From Gemmatimonadota bacterium (GTDB lineage Bacteria > Gemmatimonadota > Gemmatimonadetes > Gemmatimonadales > GWC2-71-9), in contig QHUS01000052.1 of assembly GCA_003222035.1 (NCBI GenBank), forward strand, positions 6,003 through 70,002: 64,000 nt of DNA. Reading direction: 5' to 3'. Of this stretch, positions 6,691 through 16,553 are shown in pieces (within the stretch, counting starts at the first letter, position 1; every line of letters begins with the position of its first letter). A model generated the notes under the pieces. It was not told where the DNA came from and did not search any database. It was given only the letters and a program-made list of their open reading frames with translations. Both the position numbers and the translations under genes were made by a program.

Positions 6691-8757
6691 TTATCCTACT
6701 CTGAACAGTTCGAACCCCCGTTCGTATCTCGCCACGATCCGCTCCCGATACGCCGCATGCTGCGGCTGCGCGAGCGCCGGATCCCGCGCGATGATTTCGC
6801 CCGCCGCCCGGCGCGCCGCCTCGAGCAGCGGCAGATCGGTCGCGAAGTTCGCATAGCGCAGCGGCACGCCGCCCGACTGACGCGCCCCGGCGAGCTCACC
6901 CATGCCGCGCTCCTGGAGATCGAGCTCGGCGATCTTGAAGCCGTCCGTCGTATCGGCGAACGCCTGCAGCCGCGGCGCCGCCTCCGGAACGTCCGACAAC
7001 AAGATGCAATGGCTCGGCGCCGTCCCTCGCCCCACGCGCCCGCGCAGCTGGTGCAGCTGGGCCAATCCGAAGCGCTCCGCGTGCTCGATCAGCATCACGG
7101 TCGCGTTCGCGACATCGATGCCGACCTCGATCACGCTCGTCGCCACCAGGAGCTGCACCGCGCGGTCCCGGAACGCCCGCATCGTCGCGTCCCGCTCTTC
7201 CGGCCGGAGCCGTCCGTGCACCAGACCGACCGCGAGCTCCGGGAATACTTTCGCGATCCGGCCGGCCATGACCGTCGCGGCCTTCAGGTCGGCCCGCTCC
7301 GATTCCTCGATGACGGGATAGGTGACGTACGCCTGGCGGCCGGCCGCGCACTCCGATCGAATGAACTCGTAGATCTTCGGGCGCGCCGTTTCCGTGCGGA
7401 GCGCGGTTTTCACCGTTCCGCGGCCGGGCGGGCGCTCGCGCAACTGGGTCACGTCCAGGTCGCCGTACAATGTGAGGGCGAGGGAGCGTGGAATCGGCGT
7501 CGCCGTGAGCAGCAGCACGTCCGGGGCGTCGCCCTTCTCGACCAGAGCCGCCCGCTGTTCCACGCCGAAGCGATGCTGCTCGTCGATCACGACGAGACCG
7601 AGCCGATGGAACTGAACGGACTCCTGAATCAGGGCGTGCGTGCCGACTACCAGGCGTGGCCCACCCGCTGCGATGCGCTCGCGCGCGGCGGTTTTTTCCG
7701 CCGCACTGAGCCGCCCGATCAGCAGATCGGGCTTGAGCGACAGCGGCTCAAGCAACCGGCTCAGCGTCGCCACGTGCTGCTCCGCGAGCAGCTCCGTCGG
7801 CGCCATGATCGCCGCCTGATAGTCGTTCTCGACCGCGAGCAGCATCGCGAACAGCGCGACCACCGTCTTCCCGGTCCCGACGTCGCCCATCAACAACCGG
7901 TGCATCCGCAGCGGCGCGAGCATGTCGTCCGTGATCTCGCGGATCGCCTGCCGCTGGTCGCCGGTCAGCTCGAACGGGAGGTGCTGCTTCAGCCGCGTGG
8001 TGAGCGCCTTCTTATTGGTGAAGGTGATGCCCGCGCGGCCCCGTTTCGCGAGCGCGCGCGCCCGCGCCTGCACCAGCTGCTGATCGAACAGCTCGTCGAA
8101 CGCGAGCCGGCGCCGGCCGGCCTCGGCATCCGCCGGCACCGCGGGGCGGTGCACCGCCGCCAGCGCCGGCCGCAGCTCCGGGATTCCGGCCGCCGTGCGC
8201 AGGCTCCTCGGGTGCGGGTCATTGACGAGTGGCAGCAGCTCATCCAGGTGCTGCTGCACCAGCGCGCGGATCTGGCGATGGGTGAGCCCTTCGGTGGCGG
8301 GATACACCGGGAGCACCAGCCCGCGGTCGGGTTCCCCCCCTTCCCCATCCTCCGCGAGGATCACGAACTCGCGCGGTACCAGCTGGCGGCCGTGGTAGTA
8401 GCGTACCGGCCCGGTCACGAGCAGCAGCTGACCCTTTCTGATCTGGCGCTCGAGGAACGGCTGGCCCGGCCAGGCGCACTCGAGCGGGCCGCTCTGGTCC
8501 CGCAGCACGGCCCGGAACACGCGCAGTCCCCGCCGCGTCGGCAGGATACCGGTGCTCGCCACACGCCCGACGCACGTCACGTCCTGGCCCACCTGCGCCT
8601 TGGCGAGCGGCGTCACGGTGGTAGCGTCGAGATAGCGGTGGGGCGCGTGGTACAGCAGGTCGCCCACGCTGCGGATGCCGAGCCGAGCGAGCGCCTCGGC
8701 CCGCTTGGGACCGACGCCCTTCAGGTATTTGACCGAAGTCCTGAGCGACAGCGTCAT
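6691..8757 (-). CDS. recG: ATP-dependent DNA helicase RecG
   Basis: MTLSLRTSVKYLKGVGPKRAEALARLGIRSVGDLLYHAPHRYLD (wedge N-terminus), GDVGTGKT (Walker A), DEQHRFG, and the helicase C motifs. The start ATG 8755-8757 overlaps the ftsY stop (ATGA). Confidence 0.92.
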   Translation of the reverse strand: MTLSLRTSVKYLKGVGPKRAEALARLGIRSVGDLLYHAPHRYLDATTVTPLAKAQVGQDVTCVGRVASTGILPTRRGLRVFRAVLRDQSGPLECAWPGQPFLERQIRKGQLLLVTGPVRYYHGRQLVPREFVILAEDGEGGEPDRGLVLPVYPATEGLTHRQIRALVQQHLDELLPLVNDPHPRSLRTAAGIPELRPALAAVHRPAVPADAEAGRRRLAFDELFDQQLVQARARALAKRGRAGITFTNKKALTTRLKQHLPFELTGDQRQAIREITDDMLAPLRMHRLLMGDVGTGKTVVALFAMLLAVENDYQAAIMAPTELLAEQHVATLSRLLEPLSLKPDLLIGRLSAAEKTAARERIAAGGPRLVVGTHALIQESVQFHRLGLVVIDEQHRFGVEQRAALVEKGDAPDVLLLTATPIPRSLALTLYGDLDVTQLRERPPGRGTVKTALRTETARPKIYEFIRSECAAGRQAYVTYPVIEESERADLKAATVMAGRIAKVFPELAVGLVHGRLRPEERDATMRAFRDRAVQLLVATSVIEVGIDVANATVMLIEHAERFGLAQLHQLRGRVGRGTAPSHCILLSDVPEAAPRLQAFADTTDGFKIAELDLQERGMGELAGARQSGGVPLRYANFATDLPLLEAARRAAGEIIARDPALAQPQHAAYRERIVARYERGFELFRVG

Positions 8758-9605
8758 TGCGATACGAGCCGTCTGGCGTAGCGCTCCGCGTCGAACACCT
8801 CGAGATCCGCGAGACCCTCGCCGGTCCCGAGAAACCTGATCGGAACCTTTACCGCGCGCTCCAGCGCGACCACACTCCCGCCCTTCGCGGTGCCATCGAG
8901 TTTGGTGACGATCAGTCCAGTGAGAGGCACCGCCTCCGCGAAGGTCCGGGCCTGATGCACCGCGTTCTGTCCCACGGTGGCGTCGAGCACCAGCAGCGAC
9001 TCGTGCGGGGCGCCCGGCTGTTGCTTCGCGACGACGCGCACCACCTTCTTCAGCTCCTCGAGCAGCCGCTCTTCCGTGTGGAGCCGCCCGGCCGTGTCCA
9101 CCAGCACCGTGTCGGTGCCCCGCGCGCGCGCGGCGGCGATGGCATCGAACGCCACGGCCGCGGGATCCTTGGTTCCCGTGACACACGGCACGCCCAGCCG
9201 GTCGGCCCAGATCTGCAGCTGCTCGGCCGCGCCCGCGCGAAACGTGTCGGCCGCGGCGAACAGGACCGATCGTCCACCGCCCGCCAGGCGGGCGCCGAGC
9301 TTGGCGAGCGTGGTCGTCTTGCCGACGCCGTTCACACCGAAAACGAGCATGATCGTGGGCGCGACGGTCGCCCGCGCGAGAGCGCCGCCGTCGGAGAGTG
9401 TCGCGCCCGCGAGCGCAGCCACGACGGCACGCTCGAACGCGATCCGAAAGTCGCCATCGGCGCGCGTCAGCGCGTCGAGGATCTGGTCCGTGGCGTCCAC
9501 ACCGAAATCCGCTTCCAGCAGAATCCGCTCCGCCTCCGTCCGCTCAGGTGCCGCCGTGCCGGCTCCAAACACGCGCGCCAATCGCTCCCACAAGGTGCTC
9601 TTCAT
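8754..9605 (-). CDS. ftsY: signal recognition particle receptor FtsY
   Basis: GVNGVGKTTTLAKLG, DTAGRLH, TKLDGTAKGG. The start ATG 9603-9605 (MKSTLWERL) overlaps the upstream TAA by 1 nt. Confidence 0.92.
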   Translation of the reverse strand: MKSTLWERLARVFGAGTAAPERTEAERILLEADFGVDATDQILDALTRADGDFRIAFERAVVAALAGATLSDGGALARATVAPTIMLVFGVNGVGKTTTLAKLGARLAGGGRSVLFAAADTFRAGAAEQLQIWADRLGVPCVTGTKDPAAVAFDAIAAARARGTDTVLVDTAGRLHTEERLLEELKKVVRVVAKQQPGAPHESLLVLDATVGQNAVHQARTFAEAVPLTGLIVTKLDGTAKGGSVVALERAVKVPIRFLGTGEGLADLEVFDAERYARRLVSQ

Positions 9606-11371
9606 TAGGGAAGACCTTGCCGGCGCCGCCACGCCCATTCGGCCGCGAACAGGGCGATCGCGGCGAAGAACAGCCACCACCGCTCCCGCAGCGCCACGCT
9701 CGTGAAGCGATCACCGGAGGCGCCGGTCTGGGCGGCCAGCGTCACCGCGGCAGGCCGCCATTCCTCCGAATAGGTGTCCACGACCACGACGCCGCGCTCC
9801 GGACCGGCGCCGTCCGCGGCCGCGAAGTGGTACACGCCCGGCGGCAGCGCGAGCTCCGCCCGGCCGCCGGCGTCGAACCGCAGTGTATCCACCCGCTGCC
9901 CGCCCTCAGCGGTGAGGGCGACCACGACGTTCCGGGGTGAGCCCGATCCGGCCCATCGCCAAATCATGGGCAACCCGTTCGGAACTTCGTACGTCACCGG
10001 AGCGAACCGTGCCCCGCTCGCCGCTCCCGGGGCGAGGAGCCAGTCGGCCAACGCCGCGATCAGCGCGCGATACGCTTCGCCGCTGGCGCCTCCTCGGAAC
10101 GCCCAGCGATACAGACCGCCGGCGGCGATGATCGCGCGGCGTGCACCAGCCTGGTCGCTGAGCACGATCACGGGCCTGGGTGGGCCGCGTCGCGCCAGGC
10201 GTGCGGTGAGCACCACCGTGCTGGCGCTGTCGGGCCGGAGCTCTGCGAGCGAGCTGGCGGGAGGGAGCGAGTCCCAGGCCACCCCGGACAGTGCGGCCGC
10301 GAGTGGCGACGCACCGGGCGCCTGCACGTACCAGTCTCCGTCCTGACGCCGGGCGCTCGACCAGATCAGGGCGGCCCGTCTCGGGGGAAGGCTCACCCGG
10401 CTGAACATCGCCGGGTCGCCGGCTTGGATCACCAGCGCCGCACCCGCCACCGCTCGCGCTACGTCGCCCTGCGTCCGACCTTCGAGCGTCGCTCCGTCGC
10501 GCCAACCGCTTCCGGGGGTGGCGATACCGGTCTGCACGAACGTGCGCACCGGCACGCGGGCCACCTCCTCGAGCGTGTGCGCGAGAAACCGCGTCTCCCA
10601 ATCCGGCGGCGCCGCCAACAGCACGACCGATGGCTGCGGACTCACGTCGAGCACGAAGAGCCGGGCGTCGTCGCGCGGTTCGGAATCGCCGGCTACGCCT
10701 TCCAGTCGCACCTCGAGCGCGGACCAACCGGGCCGCAGGACGAGGGACGGGGGAAGGGTGATGTCGGTGGACACGATTCCGCTGTCGGGCAACGACACGG
10801 CTCGGGTCGCGAGCCGGCGACCCGCCGCACTGACCGCGAGCGCCGCCGTACCCGCCCCCCGTCCCCCGTCCCGCGTCCCCGCCGTCCCGTAGCTCACCCT
10901 GAGGCGTATCGTGTCGCCCCCACTGACTCGTCTGGGTCCCTCGACGTCGGATACAAAGGCGTCAAAGAACGGCGCGCGGGGCAGCACGATGATGCGCGCC
11001 CGGCGCAACAGGTCGGGTGGCAGGTCGGCCCGATCCGTTATGGCACCGTCGGTCACCACCGCGATGGGTCCGCCGCGCCCGGCCGCGGCGTCGAGGGCCG
11101 GCGCGAGACGGCTCGAGCCGTCCGTGGGTGGGACGGTGTCGAACGCCGCGACGCGGTCCCCGAATCGCCAGATCACGCCGCCGCGCGCGAGGGCGCGGGC
11201 CGTGTCGCGGGCTCCGCGCCAGCTGCCGCCATGGCCCGCCATGCTCAGCGACGCGTCGAGCAGCACCAGCGACTCCCCTCCCGCCGCGACGCTCGAAGTG
11301 CTGGGGTTCCACAGCAGGAGGACGAGTGCCGCCAGGGCGCCGACGCGAAGCGCGGCGAGGCCGGCCGTCAC
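9605..11371 (-). CDS. membrane-anchored VWA-domain protein (BatA/BatB-like architecture)
   Basis: N-terminal TM (LAALRVGALAALVLLLW), a DxSxS MIDAS motif (LLDASLSM), and a C-terminal TM (WWLFFAAIALFAAEWAWRRR). The start GTG 11369-11371 overlaps the hisA stop (GTGA). The longer ORF to 11947 is an overlap artefact. Confidence 0.65.
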   Translation of the reverse strand: MTAGLAALRVGALAALVLLLWNPSTSSVAAGGESLVLLDASLSMAGHGGSWRGARDTARALARGGVIWRFGDRVAAFDTVPPTDGSSRLAPALDAAAGRGGPIAVVTDGAITDRADLPPDLLRRARIIVLPRAPFFDAFVSDVEGPRRVSGGDTIRLRVSYGTAGTRDGGRGAGTAALAVSAAGRRLATRAVSLPDSGIVSTDITLPPSLVLRPGWSALEVRLEGVAGDSEPRDDARLFVLDVSPQPSVVLLAAPPDWETRFLAHTLEEVARVPVRTFVQTGIATPGSGWRDGATLEGRTQGDVARAVAGAALVIQAGDPAMFSRVSLPPRRAALIWSSARRQDGDWYVQAPGASPLAAALSGVAWDSLPPASSLAELRPDSASTVVLTARLARRGPPRPVIVLSDQAGARRAIIAAGGLYRWAFRGGASGEAYRALIAALADWLLAPGAASGARFAPVTYEVPNGLPMIWRWAGSGSPRNVVVALTAEGGQRVDTLRFDAGGRAELALPPGVYHFAAADGAGPERGVVVVDTYSEEWRPAAVTLAAQTGASGDRFTSVALRERWWLFFAAIALFAAEWAWRRRQGLP

Positions 11372-12054
11372 GCCGCGACGCACGCGAGCGCCTCCGCTAC
11401 GGTGAATCGGCCCTCGTGCAGGGCCCGGCCCACGATCGCACCCGCCAGTCCCGCGTCCGCGGCGCGCCGCAGGTCGTCGAGCGACGCGATCCCGCCCGAC
11501 ACGATCACGTCGAGGCCCGCGATCGCGCGCGCGCCGTCCAGGTCGGGTCCGGCGAGCATCCCGTCGCGCGCCGCGTCCGTATAGATCACCGTGCGCGCTC
11601 CGAGCGAGTGAACGATTCGGGCGAGCTCGACGGGCGACATGTCGAACATCACGGGAGACCCGGCGTCGCGGGGGGCCACGCGCCCGTCTCTCGCATCGAT
11701 CCCGATCGCGAGCCGCTCGGGGCCGTGTCGCGCCAGCAGCTGCGCGACCAGGTCGGCGTTCATCGCGGCGCGACTGCCGATCACCACGCGGCCCGCGCCC
11801 CACCCGAGCAGCTCCGCGATGGCCGCTTCCGTCCCGAGTCCCCCACCCAACTGGACGGGGAGGGGCGCACCCGCCAGGAACCGGCGCGTCAGCTCGCGGT
11901 TGTCGCCCGTGCCGTGGGCGCGGTCGAGATCGACGAAATGGATCCAACGGGCCCCGTCGCGCGCGTACCGGCGCGCTACCGCGAGGGGGTCATCGGAAGC
12001 GGCGGAACGCGCGACGCGCCCGCCCCGGACGTCAACGGCGGGATAAAGCTCCAC
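11368..12054 (-). CDS. hisA: ProFAR isomerase HisA (or bifunctional PriA-type)
   Basis: 228-aa (beta/alpha)8 HisA-like sequence: MELYPAVDVRGGR..HFVDLD..VQLGGGL..GIDAR..VIVSGGIASLDDL. Confidence 0.85.
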   Translation of the reverse strand: MELYPAVDVRGGRVARSAASDDPLAVARRYARDGARWIHFVDLDRAHGTGDNRELTRRFLAGAPLPVQLGGGLGTEAAIAELLGWGAGRVVIGSRAAMNADLVAQLLARHGPERLAIGIDARDGRVAPRDAGSPVMFDMSPVELARIVHSLGARTVIYTDAARDGMLAGPDLDGARAIAGLDVIVSGGIASLDDLRRAADAGLAGAIVGRALHEGRFTVAEALACVAA

Positions 12055-12066
12055 AGATGACGGAAC

Positions 12067-13350
12067 CTAATCGCGCGCGGCGGCTACCGGAGGCGCTACG
12101 GGCTGCTTGGGCTCGAGTTGGGCGAGCAGGGCGTCGCGCGCGGCGTCGTAGTCGGCGGTGAGCTGCTGCGGCACCGGCGTCCCCGCGCCCATGTCCCGAC
12201 GTTGGGGGTTCGTGGCCCGGCCGTTGACCAGGAACTCGTAATGCAGGTGCGGCCCGGTCGAGAGTCCCGTGGATCCGACGAAGCCGATCGTCTCGCCCTG
12301 GGACACCTGCTCGCCCGGGCGCAACCCGCGGGCGAAGCCCGACAGGTGACCGTAGCGGGTGCGGATGCCGTTGGGATGGCGCAGCTCGATCAGGTTGCCG
12401 TACCCGCCGTCTTCGCGTCCCACGCGCGTGACGATGCCGTCGGCGGTAGCGCGCACCGGTGTCCCGTAGGCCGCCGCAAAGTCGACGCCCTCGTGCGCCC
12501 GCCAGGCATGCAGGATCGGGTGGTAGCGCGAGCCGAACCGGCTCGAGACCCGGCGGAACTGCAGTGGGGCCCGCAGGAAGGCGCGGCGCAGCGAGCGGCC
12601 GCGCTCATCGTAGAACCCGGTCGCGCCGCCGTCCGAGTCCTCGAAGTAGAACGCGTACTGGGGCGTGCGGGCGACGTCGACCCGCGCGGCGAGCACCCGG
12701 CCGAAGCGCCGCTCTCCTTCACTCGATTCCAGGCGCTCGAGCAGCACCGTGAACCGGTCGCCCGGCCGGATGTCGCGCGTGAAGTCGACCTCCCAGTCGT
12801 ACACGTCGGCGATCGCCCAGGCGAGCTGGCGCCGCTCCGCAGCCGGCAGGAACGTGTCCGCCACCGCCTTGTCCAGGGCCTCGTACAGCGAGGACTCCAT
12901 TATCGCCGACACGCGCAGTCGCGTGATGGTCCACGGAATGGTCTCGACCACCTCGACCCAGCCGGAGTCGCTACCGGCACGAGACACGGTGAGCCGCCGG
13001 TCCGGGGAGAGGCGTACGGTCACCCGACTCGCCACGCTGTCCGTCTTCAGGCGTCGCAGCTGGAACTCCAGGCCCGGGCGCAGGCGGCGCACGGGCAGGG
13101 CCGTTGCGGCGGCGAGGAAGGCGGCGTAGTCGCGCCCCGTGATGCCGCCGCGCGCCAGTACGTCGGACAGCATCTCCCGCCGGCCGAGTCGCGTGGTGAC
13201 TTCGGCGTACGCCGCGTCCACGACGATCGCGGGCGCGGTGAGCGGCCGCCGCCAGGGCCAGGCATCGCTGGTGGCCCCCTCCCAGACAAGGCCGCCGGCG
13301 ACTAGCACGCCGGCGACGATGTAATGGCTCGCCCGCCAGGACGACGGCAT
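12067..13350 (-). CDS. M23 family metallopeptidase (murein endopeptidase-like)
   Basis: An N-terminal TM, then HEGVDFAA..GYGNLIELRH..GSTGLSTGPHLHYE (the M23 HxxxD/HxH motifs). The start ATG overlaps the ftsZ stop by 1 nt. Confidence 0.88.
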   Translation of the reverse strand: MPSSWRASHYIVAGVLVAGGLVWEGATSDAWPWRRPLTAPAIVVDAAYAEVTTRLGRREMLSDVLARGGITGRDYAAFLAAATALPVRRLRPGLEFQLRRLKTDSVASRVTVRLSPDRRLTVSRAGSDSGWVEVVETIPWTITRLRVSAIMESSLYEALDKAVADTFLPAAERRQLAWAIADVYDWEVDFTRDIRPGDRFTVLLERLESSEGERRFGRVLAARVDVARTPQYAFYFEDSDGGATGFYDERGRSLRRAFLRAPLQFRRVSSRFGSRYHPILHAWRAHEGVDFAAAYGTPVRATADGIVTRVGREDGGYGNLIELRHPNGIRTRYGHLSGFARGLRPGEQVSQGETIGFVGSTGLSTGPHLHYEFLVNGRATNPQRRDMGAGTPVPQQLTADYDAARDALLAQLEPKQPVAPPVAAARD

Positions 13351-14510
13351 CAGTCCATCTGCCGCCGGATGAAGGTGGGGATCTCGAGCTCGTTCAGCTC
13401 CGCGGGCGGTGGCGGCGACGCCGCGGGGCGGCGCACCGTCTGCTCGCCGGGCTTCACGTACCCGCCGGGCGGCACCGGCGCGGGCCGCGGCCCGCGCTCG
13501 CGGAAGGGCAGCACGCCCGGCGCCGCGCGCGAGGCTTCCGCCCCCGCGGCCGGTCTGTCGAAGCCGGTCGCGATGACCGTCACGCGAATCTCGCCGTGCA
13601 TCGCCGGATCGTTCACCGTGCCGAAGATGATTTCCGCCTCCTCCCCCGCGGCATCCTTCACCACGTCGGAAATCTGCGTGACCTCGCCCAGCGTGAGATC
13701 CTCGCCGCCCGTGATGTTGATCAGTACACCCGTGGCGCCGGTGATGGAGATATTGTCGAGCAGCGGCGACGAGATCGCCTGTTGCACCGCCTCCATCGCC
13801 CGGTTCTCGCCCCGCCCCATGCCCGTGCCCATGATCGCCGCGCCGCCGTTCTGCATGACGGTGCGGACGTCCGCGAAATCGACGTTAACGATACCCGTGA
13901 CCGTAATGAGCGAGGAGATGCCTTGCGTGGCATGCAGCAGCACTTCGTCGGCTTTCTTGAGGGCGTCCTGGAACGGGATGCCCTTGCCGACGACGGCGAG
14001 CAGGCGCTCGTTCGGCACGACCACCATCGTGTCGACGTGCTTGCGCATCTCGGCGATCCCCATGTCGGCCTGCCGCATCCGCTTGCGCCCCTCGAACAGG
14101 AACGGCTTCGTCACGATGCCGATCGTGAGGGCGCCCAAGTCGCGCGCCATCTGGGCAATGATCGGCGACGCGCCGGTCCCGGTGCCACCGCCCATGCCGC
14201 AGGTGACGAACACCATGTCCGCACCCTGAAGCGAGTGGAGTACCTCGTCGCGGTTTTCCTCGATCGCCTGGCGGCCGATCTCGGGGCGCGCGCCGGCCCC
14301 CAGGCCACGCGTGAGCTTCTTGCCGATTTGCACCTTCACGTCGGCCTTGTTATTGAGCAGGGCCTGCGCGTCGGTGTTCACGGAGATGAACTCGACGCCC
14401 TGGAGTCCTTCGTCGACCATGCGGTTCAGCGCGTTGCCGCCGCCGCCGCCCACGCCGACGACTTTCATCCGGGCGTTCTGCGATACGGTCTCTTCGAGCT
14501 CGAAGATCAT
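13350..14510 (-). CDS. ftsZ: cell division protein FtsZ
   Basis: [32 protein letters not shown] (tubulin signature), and a C-terminal peptide LEIPTFIRR. Confidence 0.97.
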   Translation of the reverse strand: MIFELEETVSQNARMKVVGVGGGGGNALNRMVDEGLQGVEFISVNTDAQALLNNKADVKVQIGKKLTRGLGAGARPEIGRQAIEENRDEVLHSLQGADMVFVTCGMGGGTGTGASPIIAQMARDLGALTIGIVTKPFLFEGRKRMRQADMGIAEMRKHVDTMVVVPNERLLAVVGKGIPFQDALKKADEVLLHATQGISSLITVTGIVNVDFADVRTVMQNGGAAIMGTGMGRGENRAMEAVQQAISSPLLDNISITGATGVLINITGGEDLTLGEVTQISDVVKDAAGEEAEIIFGTVNDPAMHGEIRVTVIATGFDRPAAGAEASRAAPGVLPFRERGPRPAPVPPGGYVKPGEQTVRRPAASPPPPAELNELEIPTFIRRQMD

Positions 14511-14529
14511 GGCTCCCTCGGGTGACCGA

Positions 14530-15810
14530 TCAGAAGAAGTCCTGCAACCACCGCTTCAGCGGTCCAAACCACCGTTCGACGCCCCCCCCGCCCCCGCCCC
14601 CACCCCTTCCGCTCTTGACCAGCGCACCGCTCGGAACGCCGCCGTGTGCCAGTCGCCGTGCCGCGTACAACACGAGCCCTACCGGTACCGCGTAGCGCGG
14701 CGCCTGCACGCTGTCCACGAGTCCCGAGATTCCCTGCTCCGGCGTCCCGGCCCGCACCGGCAGCGCGAACGCCTCGCGCGCCAGCTCGACGGTCCCCGGG
14801 AGGTGCGCCGTCCCACCCGTCAGCACCACGCCGGCCGGCAGCCGCCCGCCGCCGTACCCCGCCCGCTCGAACTCGCGCTGCACCAGCTGGAAGATCTCAT
14901 CCATCCGCTGGTGGATGATGTGCGACAGCAGCTCGCGCGACGCCTGCCGCGCCCCCTGGCTCGGGGTGGACGGCAGGTTGATCATCTCCGACGCGTCCAC
15001 CAGCGGCTGATACGCGATCCCATCCTTCTCCTTCAGCCGCTCCGCGTCGGCCTGTGTCACGCCCAGCCCCGCCACCAGATCGCTCGTGACGTGGGCACCC
15101 GCGAACTTGAGCGAGGCCAGGTGCCGGATCTTTCCCTCGTGGAAGATCGCGACGCCCGTGGATCCGCCGCCGACCTCCACCAGCGCGACGCCCAGCTCCT
15201 TCTCGTCTTCGGTCAGCACCGCGTACGACGCGGCCAACGGCTCGAGCACCAGCTCGGCGGGACGATAGCGCGCCCGTTCCACGCTGCGGCGCAGGTTCTG
15301 CGCGGCGGTGGATTGTACCGTGACCAGGTACATCTCCACCTCGAGCCGCGTGCCCGTCATCCCCACGGGGTCCGAAATGCCGCGCTGCTGGTCGACCACG
15401 TACTCCTGCGGGATGTCGTGCAGCAGCTCGTGGTCCCGTCCCAGCGAAACGGCCCGCGCCACTTCGTTCACGCGCGCCACGTCGTCGGGCGTGATCTCGT
15501 CGGCCGACACCGCCACCACCCCGGGCGAGGTGCGCGCCGACACGTGCTCGCCCGCGATACCGCACGTCACCGCCTGGACCTTCACACCCGCCATCCGCTC
15601 GGCGTCGCGCATCGCGGCCACGATGGAGCGGCTCGTCTCGTCGATGTCGCGTACCATGCCGCGCCGCACGCCGGCGTTCTTCGCGAGCCCGACGCCGAGG
15701 ATTTTGGCGAGCGGCAGCCGCGGGAGCTCGCCCACGACCTCCGCGATCACGGCGCACGTCTTCGTGCTGCCGAGATCGAGCCCGGCGACGATCTGACGAT
15801 CCCGGCTCAC
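14530..15810 (-). CDS. ftsA: cell division protein FtsA
   Basis: [18 protein letters not shown].. actin-like fold, a poly-Gly linker, and a C-terminal amphipathic helix [13 protein letters not shown]. The start GTG 15808-15810 overlaps the ftsQ stop (GTGA). The longer ORF to 16524 is an artefact. Confidence 0.93.
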   Translation of the reverse strand: MSRDRQIVAGLDLGSTKTCAVIAEVVGELPRLPLAKILGVGLAKNAGVRRGMVRDIDETSRSIVAAMRDAERMAGVKVQAVTCGIAGEHVSARTSPGVVAVSADEITPDDVARVNEVARAVSLGRDHELLHDIPQEYVVDQQRGISDPVGMTGTRLEVEMYLVTVQSTAAQNLRRSVERARYRPAELVLEPLAASYAVLTEDEKELGVALVEVGGGSTGVAIFHEGKIRHLASLKFAGAHVTSDLVAGLGVTQADAERLKEKDGIAYQPLVDASEMINLPSTPSQGARQASRELLSHIIHQRMDEIFQLVQREFERAGYGGGRLPAGVVLTGGTAHLPGTVELAREAFALPVRAGTPEQGISGLVDSVQAPRYAVPVGLVLYAARRLAHGGVPSGALVKSGRGGGGGGGGVERWFGPLKRWLQDFF

Positions 15811-16553
15811 GCGCCACCACCAGCCGCGCTCACAGTCGCCCTTCCCCGCACGATCACCTGGCCGGCGAAGCGTGCGTCCAGCTCCACGTAGCGGCGTCTC
15901 CGCGCCGCGAGATCCTGTGCGACCAAAGCCACGGCTCGTATGACCTCCGGCCCGGCGTCGCGGCCGACCACCACGCGCCGGGCCCCGATCTCCAGGAGCA
16001 CGCCTCCCTGCGCGGCGCGACGCGCGCCCGAGATGGCGTGAAACAGCGCCGGATCGACCGACTGGATCAGCGCCAGCACCCCCACCACCTCGGAGTCGGC
16101 GCGCGCCACGATCGGCAGGTCGAGCGCCGTGCGGGCGGGGTCGAACGGCAACGGGCGCCCCGCGCCATCCACGGCCCGCAGGCCGACGCCCGATCCGCGT
16201 GGCGCGGGCACCAGCGCAGCCGGCTCCACCTCCCGCAGCTCGACCGTGAGCATCGCCGGCAGCCGCCGGACGACCCGCGCGTCGGCGACACCCGCCAGAC
16301 CGCGCACCCGATCCGCGAGCAAGCGCGTGTCGCCGAACACGCTCGCCCGGGGCCCCAGGCGTAACGCCGCGATCACGGCATCCGGCGAGAGGTTGTGCAC
16401 GCCCACCAGCTCGATCTGCCGCACCCGGAACAGCGCGAGCCGCCGCAACACCACGGGCGCGCCAAGCCATAGCGCGACGGCGAGCAACGATCCCGTGAAT
16501 CCCGCGAGTGCGCGGCGGCGCCACCGCGGCCAGGGTCGCGCGCGTCGCCTCAC
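15807..16553 (-). CDS. ftsQ: cell division protein FtsQ
   Basis: N-terminal TM followed by a POTRA-like FRVRQIELVGVHNLSPDAV. The position between murC and ftsA also supports the call. Confidence 0.85.
   Translation of the reverse strand: MRRRARPWPRWRRRALAGFTGSLLAVALWLGAPVVLRRLALFRVRQIELVGVHNLSPDAVIAALRLGPRASVFGDTRLLADRVRGLAGVADARVVRRLPAMLTVELREVEPAALVPAPRGSGVGLRAVDGAGRPLPFDPARTALDLPIVARADSEVVGVLALIQSVDPALFHAISGARRAAQGGVLLEIGARRVVVGRDAGPEVIRAVALVAQDLAARRRRYVELDARFAGQVIVRGRATVSAAGGGA

Noticed and set aside
6592-8781. Very long plus-strand ORFs antisense to well-supported genes. Examples are 6592..8781 (729 aa), 21408..23705 (765 aa), 44734..46839 (701 aa), 47018..48814 (598 aa), 56307..57818 (503 aa) and 41410..42831 (473 aa).
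   Set aside because: Their translations are Arg/Pro/Gly/His-rich low-complexity strings with no recognisable motifs. They lie exactly antisense to genes with strong family signatures (recG, mraY/murF, TPR, cheA, cdaA and others). Stop-free antisense frames are expected at about 70% GC.
14582-14589. Numerous G/C homopolymers of 7-10 nt inside coding regions, considered as phase-variation switches. They occur in the FtsA linker (14582-14589), murF (23011-23018), rsmH (28849-28858), the cheD start region (35541-35547) and the TPR-roadblock linker (41793-41802).
   Set aside because: They are frequent throughout this high-GC window. They mostly encode Gly or Pro linkers in essential housekeeping genes, where on/off switching is implausible. 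They are better viewed as compositional features and as sequencing-error risks.
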